Both the position numbers and the translations under genes were made by a program. 23,538 bases of DNA from Bdellovibrionota bacterium. GTDB lineage: Bacteria; Bdellovibrionota; UBA1018; UBA923. The number at the start of each line of letters is the position of its first letter. Positions within the stretch are counted from its first letter, which is position 1. The notes under the pieces were generated by a model, which saw nothing but the letters and a program-made list of their open reading frames with translations, did no database searches and was not told where the DNA came from. This document shows positions 1 through 8,477 of the stretch, piece after piece. The stretch spans positions 1 to 23,538 of the forward strand of contig JBFMCE010000063.1 in the NCBI GenBank assembly GCA_040754655.1, in the 5' to 3' direction.

Positions 1-72
1 TAAAAACCTTGTACGGCTGAAGCCGTCGCTAAAAGAAAACAACTGCGCTCATTCGCCCTACGGCGCAAAAGC

Positions 73-105
73 AAAGGCCCCGGAAAGAAAATTTCCAGGG
101 CCTTT
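73..105 (-). terminator. Probable intrinsic terminator downstream of the lipoprotein array
   Basis: Inverted repeat AAAGGCCC-C-GGAAA (73-86) / TTTCC-A-GGGCCTTT (92-105). The mismatch becomes a G-U pair on the minus strand and is followed by GCTTTT. It lies 37 nt after the stop of 143..1174. Confidence 0.75.
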
Positions 106-142
106 CATCAAGACGACAGCGGCTTTTTTCGAACCAGTCAAG

Positions 143-1174
143 TTACTCCACGAGCTCAAGTTGCTCTACGAAAACACCAGGAATGCTTGCATCCACTTTG
201 CCAGTCGGGCGGTACTGAGGCTCTGGCTGCTCAAGAGATGCGGCATCAGACGCAGTTTTCGAGTGGCGGAACAACAAAAGTCTGTTCTTTTCTTTACCTG
301 CGGAAGAGGTCTTAACAACAGAAGAAGTCTCGGCCTGAGTTGGCGTCACCGTTTGTTCAAGGTCCGCGCTGACCGAAGAAGTCTTCCCCTTATCCGGAAA
401 AGAAATTGAAACACCTTCCGGGACCACATCTACCTGGCCTTTGGGACCCGAGTTGTATTTCTCTAGAAGCTTCTCAATCACCTGGCTCTCTTTGAATCCA
501 AGCAGATCACGAAATGCAACGGCCTTTTCGATCAAGGCGCGCACGTTTTCGATGCTGCCGCGAGGCGTGGGCTCAGAAGCGCAAGCCTTTCGAATCTGTT
601 TCACATGCTTATGGATCTCTCCGGCCAGGTTGCTTGCTCTTTCGCAGCGAGCACCGGGTTCTTCACCCTCGATTTCGATTTCAAAACATTGTTTTTCAAC
701 ATCTAACCACAAAGCATTGTCAGTGGACTCGTTTGAAAAGCTCAGTGCATTGGCCAACTGACACCCTTGATCTTGGAGATAGTGGTAAAAACCGCAAACC
801 CGGTCTTTCGTCAGATGCAAGATCTCAGAAGCGATCGCACCTTCTTCTTCTTCGTGTATGCCTCTAGCGATGTCGTAGGATTGAGCATTGAGTTGGTATT
901 CAAAAATAGTAGCGACTTGGGCGATCTGAGCGGATGGGCTCTGACCTTGAATATCGCTTCTCATCGATTCATCGACGAACATCCTTCCAAGCACGAGATT
1001 CTTTCGAACCTCCGCCGCGTCAAGCGTTTGAGCTGACGCCGAAGATTGGCCTTCAGACGATCCGCCGCCCGACGCTTTCGTGGCGCCATCGTCTTTCTTC
1101 GCGCATGCAGCCAACGCGATCACAGCCACTAAAGAAAATCCTGAGACAAAACGGAACATCGCTTTCGTATTCAT
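143..1174 (-). CDS. Hypothetical lipoprotein, 4-Cys paralog 1 (343 aa)
   Basis: RBS TAGGAG; signal peptide with lipobox LAAC; S/G-rich linker; motif YHYLQDQGC...C...C...QIRKAC...RGS shared with the three neighbours. Confidence 0.85.
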   Translation of the reverse strand: MNTKAMFRFVSGFSLVAVIALAACAKKDDGATKASGGGSSEGQSSASAQTLDAAEVRKNLVLGRMFVDESMRSDIQGQSPSAQIAQVATIFEYQLNAQSYDIARGIHEEEEGAIASEILHLTKDRVCGFYHYLQDQGCQLANALSFSNESTDNALWLDVEKQCFEIEIEGEEPGARCERASNLAGEIHKHVKQIRKACASEPTPRGSIENVRALIEKAVAFRDLLGFKESQVIEKLLEKYNSGPKGQVDVVPEGVSISFPDKGKTSSVSADLEQTVTPTQAETSSVVKTSSAGKEKNRLLLFRHSKTASDAASLEQPEPQYRPTGKVDASIPGVFVEQLELVE

Positions 1175-1206
1175 AACGACTCCTATGTTAAATCGCAGGC
1201 GATAAG

Positions 1207-1222
1207 AGCACGAAGCATGCCA
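1207..1222 (-). promoter_or_regulatory. Sigma-54 (RpoN) -24/-12 promoter
   Basis: Minus strand reads TGGCATGCTTCGTGCT, which fits GG-N10-GC and the TGGCAC-N5-TTGC consensus. It is 32 nt upstream of the ATG at 1174. Confidence 0.75.
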
Positions 1223-1328
1223 TAAATTAAAACTCTTTAATTTCAGTCAGTCGCGTCCAACGGTCCCAATCCGTCAGACCACTGAAGTATCTAACGCTTT
1301 GCGTGTCGTACAATCCTTAGACACTTTT

Positions 1329-2216
1329 TCACTGGGGTAGCGTACCAAAAAGCCAGTCCAAGTAAGGAGAAAGCCAGTTATCACGGTCGGCGCCTTGTTC
1401 GGAATCGCCTTCATCCGCCATATCACTGTGGGGAATGATCTCGGTAGTGGGCTCGGCGCCTTCAGTAAAACGGACCCTTCGAATGACCTCAGGGACGGGC
1501 CGGATCACGGCGAAGTCTTTTGCCCCCGTTGGGCGCTCAAATTCCATTTGATCAAATCTGATTTTCTTTTCGACAAGAGAGCTCTCAATCAAGCCGAGAT
1601 GTTCGATAAGTCGGCGAGCGAGCCCTTGGCTTCCTCGTTGTTCCTGTTCGCAGAAACGGTCAATTTGGCCAGCGAATGAGTAGGCTTCAAGAATGAGCGC
1701 CGTAAAATCGCGGCAATCCTTTAGTTCGTGCTTTTGGCAGACCAAGGCGACATCCCCCGCTAGCTCTTCCATTGCAAGCGAGGGACGGTCTGAAAATACC
1801 GTCTTTAGACATTGGGTTGCAAGCCAGCAACCTCCATCAAACTTGTAAAAGTAGCCGTTCTTCCCTAAGTTTTTGGCAAACTGACGCTCTTCCTCCAAAG
1901 TTCTTTTCGTGAGCTGCACGGAGAAGGCCCATCCTAAACGCCCCAAGCCTTTGACAATTTCAATGGCTCTTGAAGCGTCTTGAGACGATGCCTCGAACGC
2001 ATCTTCTTCCGCAACGAGCTGTTCTTCGCGCTCGTCACTAGATGGGTCACTTGCTTCCGCTGGCGAAGCTAGTTGCTCGATTTGCGAAACATTGCCCTGC
2101 TCGGGTCGATACTTCGCCCTAGCCTGCTCGTCCTGCTTAGAGCAAGCCATGCACAATAAGAACGCCACTGCCGGCACGATAACCGGGACTACAGCTCTAC
2201 CCGACTTCAAACCCAT
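1329..2216 (-). CDS. Hypothetical lipoprotein, 4-Cys paralog 2 (295 aa)
   Basis: Hydrophobic N-terminus ending in CMAC; motif YFYKFDGGC...C-x7-C-x20-C...RGS; starts 12 nt after the paralog 3 stop. Confidence 0.82.
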   Translation of the reverse strand: MGLKSGRAVVPVIVPAVAFLLCMACSKQDEQARAKYRPEQGNVSQIEQLASPAEASDPSSDEREEQLVAEEDAFEASSQDASRAIEIVKGLGRLGWAFSVQLTKRTLEEERQFAKNLGKNGYFYKFDGGCWLATQCLKTVFSDRPSLAMEELAGDVALVCQKHELKDCRDFTALILEAYSFAGQIDRFCEQEQRGSQGLARRLIEHLGLIESSLVEKKIRFDQMEFERPTGAKDFAVIRPVPEVIRRVRFTEGAEPTTEIIPHSDMADEGDSEQGADRDNWLSPYLDWLFGTLPQ

Positions 2217-2228
2217 GAACTTGGTTTC

Positions 2229-3245
2229 TTAAAAGTCGCGCAGATTGCCGCGCACGGGTCCTGTTTCTGCAGCATTTTGCTCAGATTGGCTTTCCTTCGA
2301 GCCAGAAGTGAATTTTGACGAGAACCAACTTTTGAATCTTTCCCAAATTCGCTCTTCCGGACCTTCAACCACGATCTGGCCACGTTTCTGGGGTTCGATA
2401 GGCACCGACAACCGGCGAGCCATTTTAGGCGAAACTGTTCCGATCTTAGGTTCTGTTTCGTCTTGAACAGGCGAACTCTTTAGAATTGGTTTTGCCACGA
2501 TCGAAGACAGAGGCATGACCTTAGGCCCTTCCTGAGAATCATCGATTTTAGGGGCCAAGGCTGCGGCCTCGCTCTCACCCGTAAGCGCAAAGTTTACCTG
2601 TACATCTTTGCTGGACGCCTCTTCCAAGGGAAGCGCTCTTTCACTTTTCTCGATGACAAAGCCCTGGTTCACGATTTCGTTGTACTGGCTGGACAAGCGG
2701 ATGATGCGTTCGCTGACGAGTTGTGAGCCTCTCTTGTTGTTGGTGCTTCCGCAAACAAAGTCATGTTGACGGACAAGCCTTTCGACTTCATTTCCGAGCT
2801 CAACAGCGAGAGAACAGTCTTCAATTTGCCTTATTTTGCACAATGCTTGGGTGCTTTGAGCCATCGAAAGCTCATTACCCACGCCAGTCAGCGCCTCTAA
2901 AAACTGGGTGGTGAGCTCACACCCCCCATCATCTTTATAATAATACTGGTTTTCTCCGCGAAGTTCCTGAGTCTTCTCTTCGCTCAATCCAAGCTGTCCT
3001 TGAAACCGAGCGCCGAGCTGAGCAATTGAGCCCGCGGGAACCGCGTTTGAAGCAGTCTGTTCATCTACTTCCGGAAGCTGTTCTGAGTCTTCGGGACCAT
3101 CGATCGGTGTTGAGCTGGCTTTAGTTTTTCCAGAGGAATTTGCGTCCTTTTGGACACTTTTTTCGCTTTTTGCGCAAGATGCGAGCATCGCGCTCACCAC
3201 AAGCAATCCAAGGACACTTCGAAGCGTATTCACATTCTTTTTCAT
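2229..3245 (-). CDS. Hypothetical lipoprotein, 4-Cys paralog 3 (338 aa)
   Basis: MKK N-terminus with lipobox LASC; RBS-like AGGT; motif YYYKDDGGC...C-x7-C-x20-C...RGS. Confidence 0.85.
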   Translation of the reverse strand: MKKNVNTLRSVLGLLVVSAMLASCAKSEKSVQKDANSSGKTKASSTPIDGPEDSEQLPEVDEQTASNAVPAGSIAQLGARFQGQLGLSEEKTQELRGENQYYYKDDGGCELTTQFLEALTGVGNELSMAQSTQALCKIRQIEDCSLAVELGNEVERLVRQHDFVCGSTNNKRGSQLVSERIIRLSSQYNEIVNQGFVIEKSERALPLEEASSKDVQVNFALTGESEAAALAPKIDDSQEGPKVMPLSSIVAKPILKSSPVQDETEPKIGTVSPKMARRLSVPIEPQKRGQIVVEGPEERIWERFKSWFSSKFTSGSKESQSEQNAAETGPVRGNLRDF

Positions 3246-3257
3246 ACGTTTACCTAC

Positions 3258-4121
3258 CTACCTTTGATTTCCAGACTCACACCATTCAATTTTTTGATCG
3301 TCTTGCATGGTGTGTACTTCAAGACCACCTGTCGAATCTGAAACTGTTTCCGGCGCAGTGCATATCAGACTTTCTGAGGAAACAGAAGCAGCAGATTCCT
3401 TTGAATTTTTGTCTTCGCACATGTTCGCAGATCCCTGAGGAGCCTCGCACATCTGCGTTTTGTGATTCACGTGAATTTTCTCACCGGCGGTTTCGCCTTG
3501 GTTCTGAGCCGAATCAGAACCCGCGGCGATGGCGATGTCTTTTTGCTCAAACAAACTTGCAGGCAATTCGACTGCCGAAAGACCCACTGATTTGCGATAA
3601 TCAACCATCGACTGGATCAATTGCGCCAAGAAGACCTCACCCTTTGTTTGGCTTTGAACGCAAGACGACTCAAGCTGCCTTGCCGCGATCTTCATCGTTT
3701 GCAAGACGTCCTTAGCCTGATCAATGCAGGAACCTATGCCTCGCACAAGGCAATCGGCTTCGGTGCTTTGAAAAATATTGATGACCTTTTGCTCGGCGCC
3801 CACGCTCTTGCGTTTATCGAGAAGATCCAAAGTTTTCTTTGAAAGCAAGCACCCATGATCGTAATGCACATCGGGCAGCTCATCTGACGGAGGCACTAAA
3901 CCTGCGGCCTGTTTGCTCGACTCGTCCGCGAGTTCCGCCAATTCTTTTGCATAAGAGGCTGCTTCGATCACCTCTTCACTTGGAGTAGATCGGCCCGAGC
4001 TCTTTTGTTCGTTTGAGTTCAACCTGCCATGGTGCTCAGAATTGTCTTCAGGGCCGCAAGCGCTCATCAAAAGCGCCGCTGCCAGCACAAAACAAAGATT
4101 TGAGACGAACCGGTACTGCAT
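3258..4121 (-). CDS. Hypothetical lipoprotein, 4-Cys paralog 4 (287 aa; start corrected to MQYRFV at 4121)
   Basis: ATG at 4121 follows GGAAGGAAAGT and opens a lipoprotein signal ending in MSAC. The longer ORF-track start at 4229 would run through the sigma-54 promoter. Motif HYDHGC...C-x7-C-x21-C...KG. Confidence 0.82.
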   Translation of the reverse strand: MQYRFVSNLCFVLAAALLMSACGPEDNSEHHGRLNSNEQKSSGRSTPSEEVIEAASYAKELAELADESSKQAAGLVPPSDELPDVHYDHGCLLSKKTLDLLDKRKSVGAEQKVINIFQSTEADCLVRGIGSCIDQAKDVLQTMKIAARQLESSCVQSQTKGEVFLAQLIQSMVDYRKSVGLSAVELPASLFEQKDIAIAAGSDSAQNQGETAGEKIHVNHKTQMCEAPQGSANMCEDKNSKESAASVSSESLICTAPETVSDSTGGLEVHTMQDDQKIEWCESGNQR

Positions 4122-4144
4122 ACTTTCCTTCCGGCTGGCCTTGA

Positions 4145-4160
4145 AGCATGAAGCATGCCA
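4145..4160 (-). promoter_or_regulatory. Sigma-54 (RpoN) -24/-12 promoter for lipoprotein paralogs 4-3-2
   Basis: Minus strand reads TGGCATGCTTCATGCT (GG-N10-GC), 15/16 identical to the element at 1207-1222. It is 23 nt upstream of the ATG at 4121. Confidence 0.75.
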
Positions 4161-4296
4161 CCCCGAAAACAAGATGGGCTCGCACGTCGTTTTCGAGAAG
4201 GCCCTCTTTGTGCGGTAGACAGTTGTCAAAACGATTTACAGGAGAGCTCGCGGAACTTAGCAAGCACCGCCGTTGATTGGTTACGACGTGTGTGAA

Positions 4297-5856
4297 TCAG
4301 TGCCTGAAGTGGCGTTTTCCGGTGAAGACCATCGCAACGCCCAGTTTATCGCAAGTTGCTACGACTTCTGGATCGCGGATGCTGCCACCGGGCTGAACGA
4401 TGTATCTCAGGCCAGCGGCATGAGCCTCTTCAACATTGTCGCCGAACGGGAAAAATGCGTCGCTCACAAGCACGCACTCTGAAAGGACTTTCTGCGCATC
4501 GAGGCCTTGCGCGCTCAAAGCTTCCCGTGCTTTGGGAACGGCGAGGCGTCGAATCGCATCTACTCGGTTGGGTTGGCCTGAGCCCATGCCCACAAGTTGG
4601 AACCCTCCGTCTGGAAGCATGCGAACAATTGCAATCGCATTGGACTTGATCCACTTGGCAGCCACGACGCCGAAGCGCGCTACTCCCGCCAGATGGTCAG
4701 GAAACTTTGTTTGAGTCGCCGTTTTGAACTCTTCTTTCAATCCTTCATCGGGATGCTGAACGAGGTATCCGCCTTCGACCCTCATCCTTTGCATCTCATA
4801 CGAAGTTTCAAAACTTGCGATTTTGATCACGCGAAGTTTCTTTTTCTTGCGACGTAAAACCTCGATTGCGCCGTCTTCAAAACCTGGAGCAAGCACAACT
4901 TCAACGAATTTTTCTTCGAAAAGACGCGCGCACTCAAGCGTGAGCATCGAGGAAAACGCGACCACTCCTCCGAAGGCGCTCACCGGATCGCCTGCCCATG
5001 CTCGCAAGAAGGCTTCATCTATCGTGGGTGCGGTTGCAAGACCGCAAGGATTATTGTGTTTCACGATCGCACAAGCTCCGTGTCCGCCTGATGTCAGCTC
5101 TCTTGCATCACGCACGGCACCGAGTGCGGCCTGCGCATCCAAAATATTATTGTAAGAAAGATCCAGACCCGCGGGTTCGAGCAACTGCCATTCCATCGAA
5201 ACTTTTCCGAAGTCAGGTACAAAATAGGCAGGTTGGTGAGGATTTTCGCCGTATCTTAAAGGGCGCTTTGCAAATGCCTCATAGATCGACTGGTCATACC
5301 GCAAAACACGCTCAAATGCCTTTACCGCAAGTCTCCTTCGGGTCTCAAAGCTGATGCATCCGCCAAGGCTTCTAAGCTCAGTCATGAACTCAGCATAGTC
5401 TGAAGGGTCTGTGAGCACGACAACGCTATGATGGTTCTTCGCCGCCGCTCGCACCATCGTTGGCCCACCGATATCTACTTCATGAATAAGATCGGCCTCA
5501 CTTGAACCTTTTGAAACCGCTTCTTCAAATGGATAAAAATTGCAAACCACCAGGTCGATGGGTTCAATGCCCAGATCTTTTGCTTGCTCGACGTGAGTTG
5601 AGTTCGCACGATCGTACAAGAGAGCGCTTTCGAGCTTGAAACTCAAGGTTTTCATCCGGCCATCAAAAGCTTCAGGATTGCCCGTGAAGTCTTCAATAGG
5701 GCGAAACTTGATTGCACTGCGACGCAGGCGATCCGCCGTGCCACCTGTCGCGATGAACTCAATGCCAAACCCAGTGAGACTCTTTGCCAATTCCTCAAGA
5801 TATGTTTTGTCTGAAACGCTAAATAAAGCGCGTTGGATTCGAACTGCACCTGTCAT
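4297..5856 (-). CDS. purH: Bifunctional IMP cyclohydrolase / AICAR transformylase
   Basis: Motifs RALFSVSDK, ATGGTA, GRMKTL, DIGGPTMVRAAAKN, LRYGENPHQ, SYNNILD, KHNNPCG, SDAFFPF, QPGGSIRD, FTGKRHFRH. The start may be 5856 (MTGAVRI) or 5886. Confidence 0.97.
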   Translation of the reverse strand: MTGAVRIQRALFSVSDKTYLEELAKSLTGFGIEFIATGGTADRLRRSAIKFRPIEDFTGNPEAFDGRMKTLSFKLESALLYDRANSTHVEQAKDLGIEPIDLVVCNFYPFEEAVSKGSSEADLIHEVDIGGPTMVRAAAKNHHSVVVLTDPSDYAEFMTELRSLGGCISFETRRRLAVKAFERVLRYDQSIYEAFAKRPLRYGENPHQPAYFVPDFGKVSMEWQLLEPAGLDLSYNNILDAQAALGAVRDARELTSGGHGACAIVKHNNPCGLATAPTIDEAFLRAWAGDPVSAFGGVVAFSSMLTLECARLFEEKFVEVVLAPGFEDGAIEVLRRKKKKLRVIKIASFETSYEMQRMRVEGGYLVQHPDEGLKEEFKTATQTKFPDHLAGVARFGVVAAKWIKSNAIAIVRMLPDGGFQLVGMGSGQPNRVDAIRRLAVPKAREALSAQGLDAQKVLSECVLVSDAFFPFGDNVEEAHAAGLRYIVQPGGSIRDPEVVATCDKLGVAMVFTGKRHFRH

Positions 5857-5951
5857 TTGGGACGTACTTTTCCATGATTTCTGCATTTGCTCAATGGGAG
5901 AGTATTGGACTTTAAAACTCTGCTTGTTTTAAGTTGATCACTTTGCTATGA

Positions 5952-5970
5952 ATTAATGCATTGCATTAAT
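5952..5970. promoter_or_regulatory. Perfect palindrome, candidate operator in the divergent purH / 820-aa gene region
   Basis: ATTAATGCA-T-TGCATTAAT: 9-bp arms with a 1-nt spacer in an AT-rich intergenic region. Confidence 0.5.
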
Positions 5971-6014
5971 ATTATTCGCTTTTAGCTCCTGATTTTAGAG
6001 AGGTTGTAAACCCC

Positions 6015-8477
6015 GTGCGTTTTAAGCCATTGACCCTTACCAAGAACTTAATTTTCATCAATGTGCTGTTGGTTTTTGGTTTAGCCACTGTGATCGCCGT
6101 GACTGCCGCCGAAGCAAATGAGCCTTCCGAGAACCAATTCAAGGTTCTCAAAGAACAGGCACTAAACGTAAAGGCGCGCGTTCCACAAGAAGATCTTGAT
6201 GAGACGCTGCGAAACGGGACCAAGGTTTTTCAGCTCAACCTGGGGTCTCGAACCCTTTATTTGTATGCAGATCCTAAAAAAATCCAAGCAATGATCAGTC
6301 GCATTCAACGCTCAAAAGAGCTTGCACCCTTAGAGTCGGTCGATCTGGTCAACATGCTTTTGGCTATGACGACTCAAACAACACTTTCGTCCGCCCAAAC
6401 CGGACAGCCCAAAGGTGAGTTGATCACGTGGTCATCTGCTGCAAACCAAAGCGGCAGTGGACTTTCGTTTAGAGACTATTTGGAAGGAAAGACCACAACT
6501 GTCATTTCACCGCAGCCGCCCGTTGCCACCGAAACTAGCGCAATAACGGTGCCTGAGAAGACCGCAACTGAGACCGCAGCGCTTGAAACAAGTTCTCGCC
6601 CTGCCAAGGAATATACTTTTGAAATCCCGATGCAGGGAAGAAAGAATATCGTTTTAATCGGGACGCCGGATGAGATGCTTGATCAACTTTCAAAGCACGC
6701 CGAAAAAACGATAGAAGCTCTGCAAAAACACCCATCGCCGTACGCTGACGAAGGCAAGCAACCAAAACTTCGTTTTGATTTGAGCCAAGTTCAATCTGCG
6801 CTTACGGTGCGAATAGGCAAAGCGTATCTAGAATTTATCGAGTCTAGAAAAGAACTGGAACGAAAAACGAACCCAATCAAATGGAGAAGGCCTCGCACAG
6901 AAACCGAGTCTTGGGCGATCGCGCTGAGCGAATGGTTTGCGGGAAAAGGATTGGGAGAGCAGTACCAAGCCCTCAAAACAAAGGTAGACCACGCTGTTGC
7001 CACAATGTGGGAGACTAGACAGCAAATTGCCGGCACTCCTACCACTGCTCTTGGAGTAACGACGAGTGTGGCTAAGCTCGCGGCTGAAAAGCTCGCCCCA
7101 CGACAAACCTCTGCAGGTGCCGCTGAAGCCAAGATAGAGCGTCGCGCTAACTCTGATGAAACAAGATTAGAAAATGCGGTGGCTAAAGAAACAAGCTTCC
7201 CCAGCGTAGAAAAAACACCTGAGGCCACCAGTGGTTTTGAACTCAATCCATCAAAAGGATCGAGATTCGCATTTTATGCAAAAAACAGCACCCCTTCCTC
7301 CAGTTTTTCGCTGCACGCCGCTTTAGAGCCGATTCTTAGTTACCTTGAATCTGTCGACGGCCCACAAAGTGTTCGAGAAGTTCTAGAGCTTCAGGCCCCT
7401 AAGTATCAGGTGTCCACAGTGGAAGAAGGCAAGAGTCCCATCGTTTCATGGAGAAAGCCAAGAGACTCAGCTTCGCCTGCGCCACCTAGCATTTGGACTC
7501 TACGCGAATGGATAGAAGAGCGCGCCCGCAATGATAAAGCTCTTTTGGCCCGTTATCATGCATTAAAAGCGAAAACCCTTGCTGACTCTACTGTCACGAG
7601 CCCAATTGCTGTAACCCTAGAGGTTGTCCCAGCGACAACCCTTCCTTTCGTGCCGATGCCAGTTTCGCCTACTAAACCAGTCACCGCGCAAACGTCACAA
7701 CGGCAGGCGAGCCTTCCAAGAACCAAAGAAATAGATACTCAAGTTTTATCTCCATACCAAAGCCCTTTGGCGGACCTCACGCAAAACGGGAGGTGGGGTT
7801 CCGACCATTACGAACGCGATTGGAATAGAATAGCCCCAAGACCTTGGAGCGACGAGGTTCATGAGACACGGGCACGCTCCCTGTTCGCCGAGCAGGCAAT
7901 TCTTCCGGAGTTCCTTGAAGCCGACGAAACCGATATAGAGGATACGGGAAGAAAACGACGGAACCCTATTCGCCGTCCTATAGACAGCCAAACCCAAAGC
8001 GTCGCAGCTGTCGCAAACGATAGACCTCATTTTATTGAAGCAGTGGCTACGCATGTGAATCCGCCATCACCACGAGCGCCGGCAAATCCGACGCAAGCAG
8101 AGGCGGAATGGCAGCCTACCGTAAGCCAAGAAGAGGTGATTGAGCGCCTTCAAGCATTTGAGCGTCAGCTTCAGCCCCTTGAAGCAAGACTGGGCCTGGT
8201 AGGAAATCGCATCGATTCTCTTGCCAGAGATCTTGAAGCACTCAAAGATTTCTACGACCGCTCAAGAAGCTTTGAATGGCTTCTTAAGAATGACAGAACC
8301 GACTCGACCGCGCGGATGATCAATCGAATCAATAGGATCAAACACCATTTTCTTGCTGAAGCCGAGGTATTTGTCTTTAATGGAAAACCGGATCCCTATT
8401 GGAATGAGAAATTGCGCTGGGAGTTTTCGGCCGCGGGCATGAGGCGTTTCAAATGCGCGCTTTTGCTCTCGCGCTGA
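6015..8477 (+). CDS. Hypothetical secreted protein (820 aa) with diverged internal repeats and a C-terminal coiled coil
   Basis: Long ORF with GTG start after GAGAGG; Sec-type signal peptide (..VTAAEA-NE); T/S/P/A-rich linkers; heptad region VIERLQAFERQLQPLEARL; single Cys near the C-terminus. Confidence 0.85.
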   Translation: MRFKPLTLTKNLIFINVLLVFGLATVIAVTAAEANEPSENQFKVLKEQALNVKARVPQEDLDETLRNGTKVFQLNLGSRTLYLYADPKKIQAMISRIQRSKELAPLESVDLVNMLLAMTTQTTLSSAQTGQPKGELITWSSAANQSGSGLSFRDYLEGKTTTVISPQPPVATETSAITVPEKTATETAALETSSRPAKEYTFEIPMQGRKNIVLIGTPDEMLDQLSKHAEKTIEALQKHPSPYADEGKQPKLRFDLSQVQSALTVRIGKAYLEFIESRKELERKTNPIKWRRPRTETESWAIALSEWFAGKGLGEQYQALKTKVDHAVATMWETRQQIAGTPTTALGVTTSVAKLAAEKLAPRQTSAGAAEAKIERRANSDETRLENAVAKETSFPSVEKTPEATSGFELNPSKGSRFAFYAKNSTPSSSFSLHAALEPILSYLESVDGPQSVREVLELQAPKYQVSTVEEGKSPIVSWRKPRDSASPAPPSIWTLREWIEERARNDKALLARYHALKAKTLADSTVTSPIAVTLEVVPATTLPFVPMPVSPTKPVTAQTSQRQASLPRTKEIDTQVLSPYQSPLADLTQNGRWGSDHYERDWNRIAPRPWSDEVHETRARSLFAEQAILPEFLEADETDIEDTGRKRRNPIRRPIDSQTQSVAAVANDRPHFIEAVATHVNPPSPRAPANPTQAEAEWQPTVSQEEVIERLQAFERQLQPLEARLGLVGNRIDSLARDLEALKDFYDRSRSFEWLLKNDRTDSTARMINRINRIKHHFLAEAEVFVFNGKPDPYWNEKLRWEFSAAGMRRFKCALLLSR

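Noticed and set aside
4122..4229. 36-aa N-terminal extension of lipoprotein 4 in the ORF track
   Set aside because: It overlaps the sigma-54 promoter and activator-like sites; the RBS and signal peptide fit the ATG at 4121.
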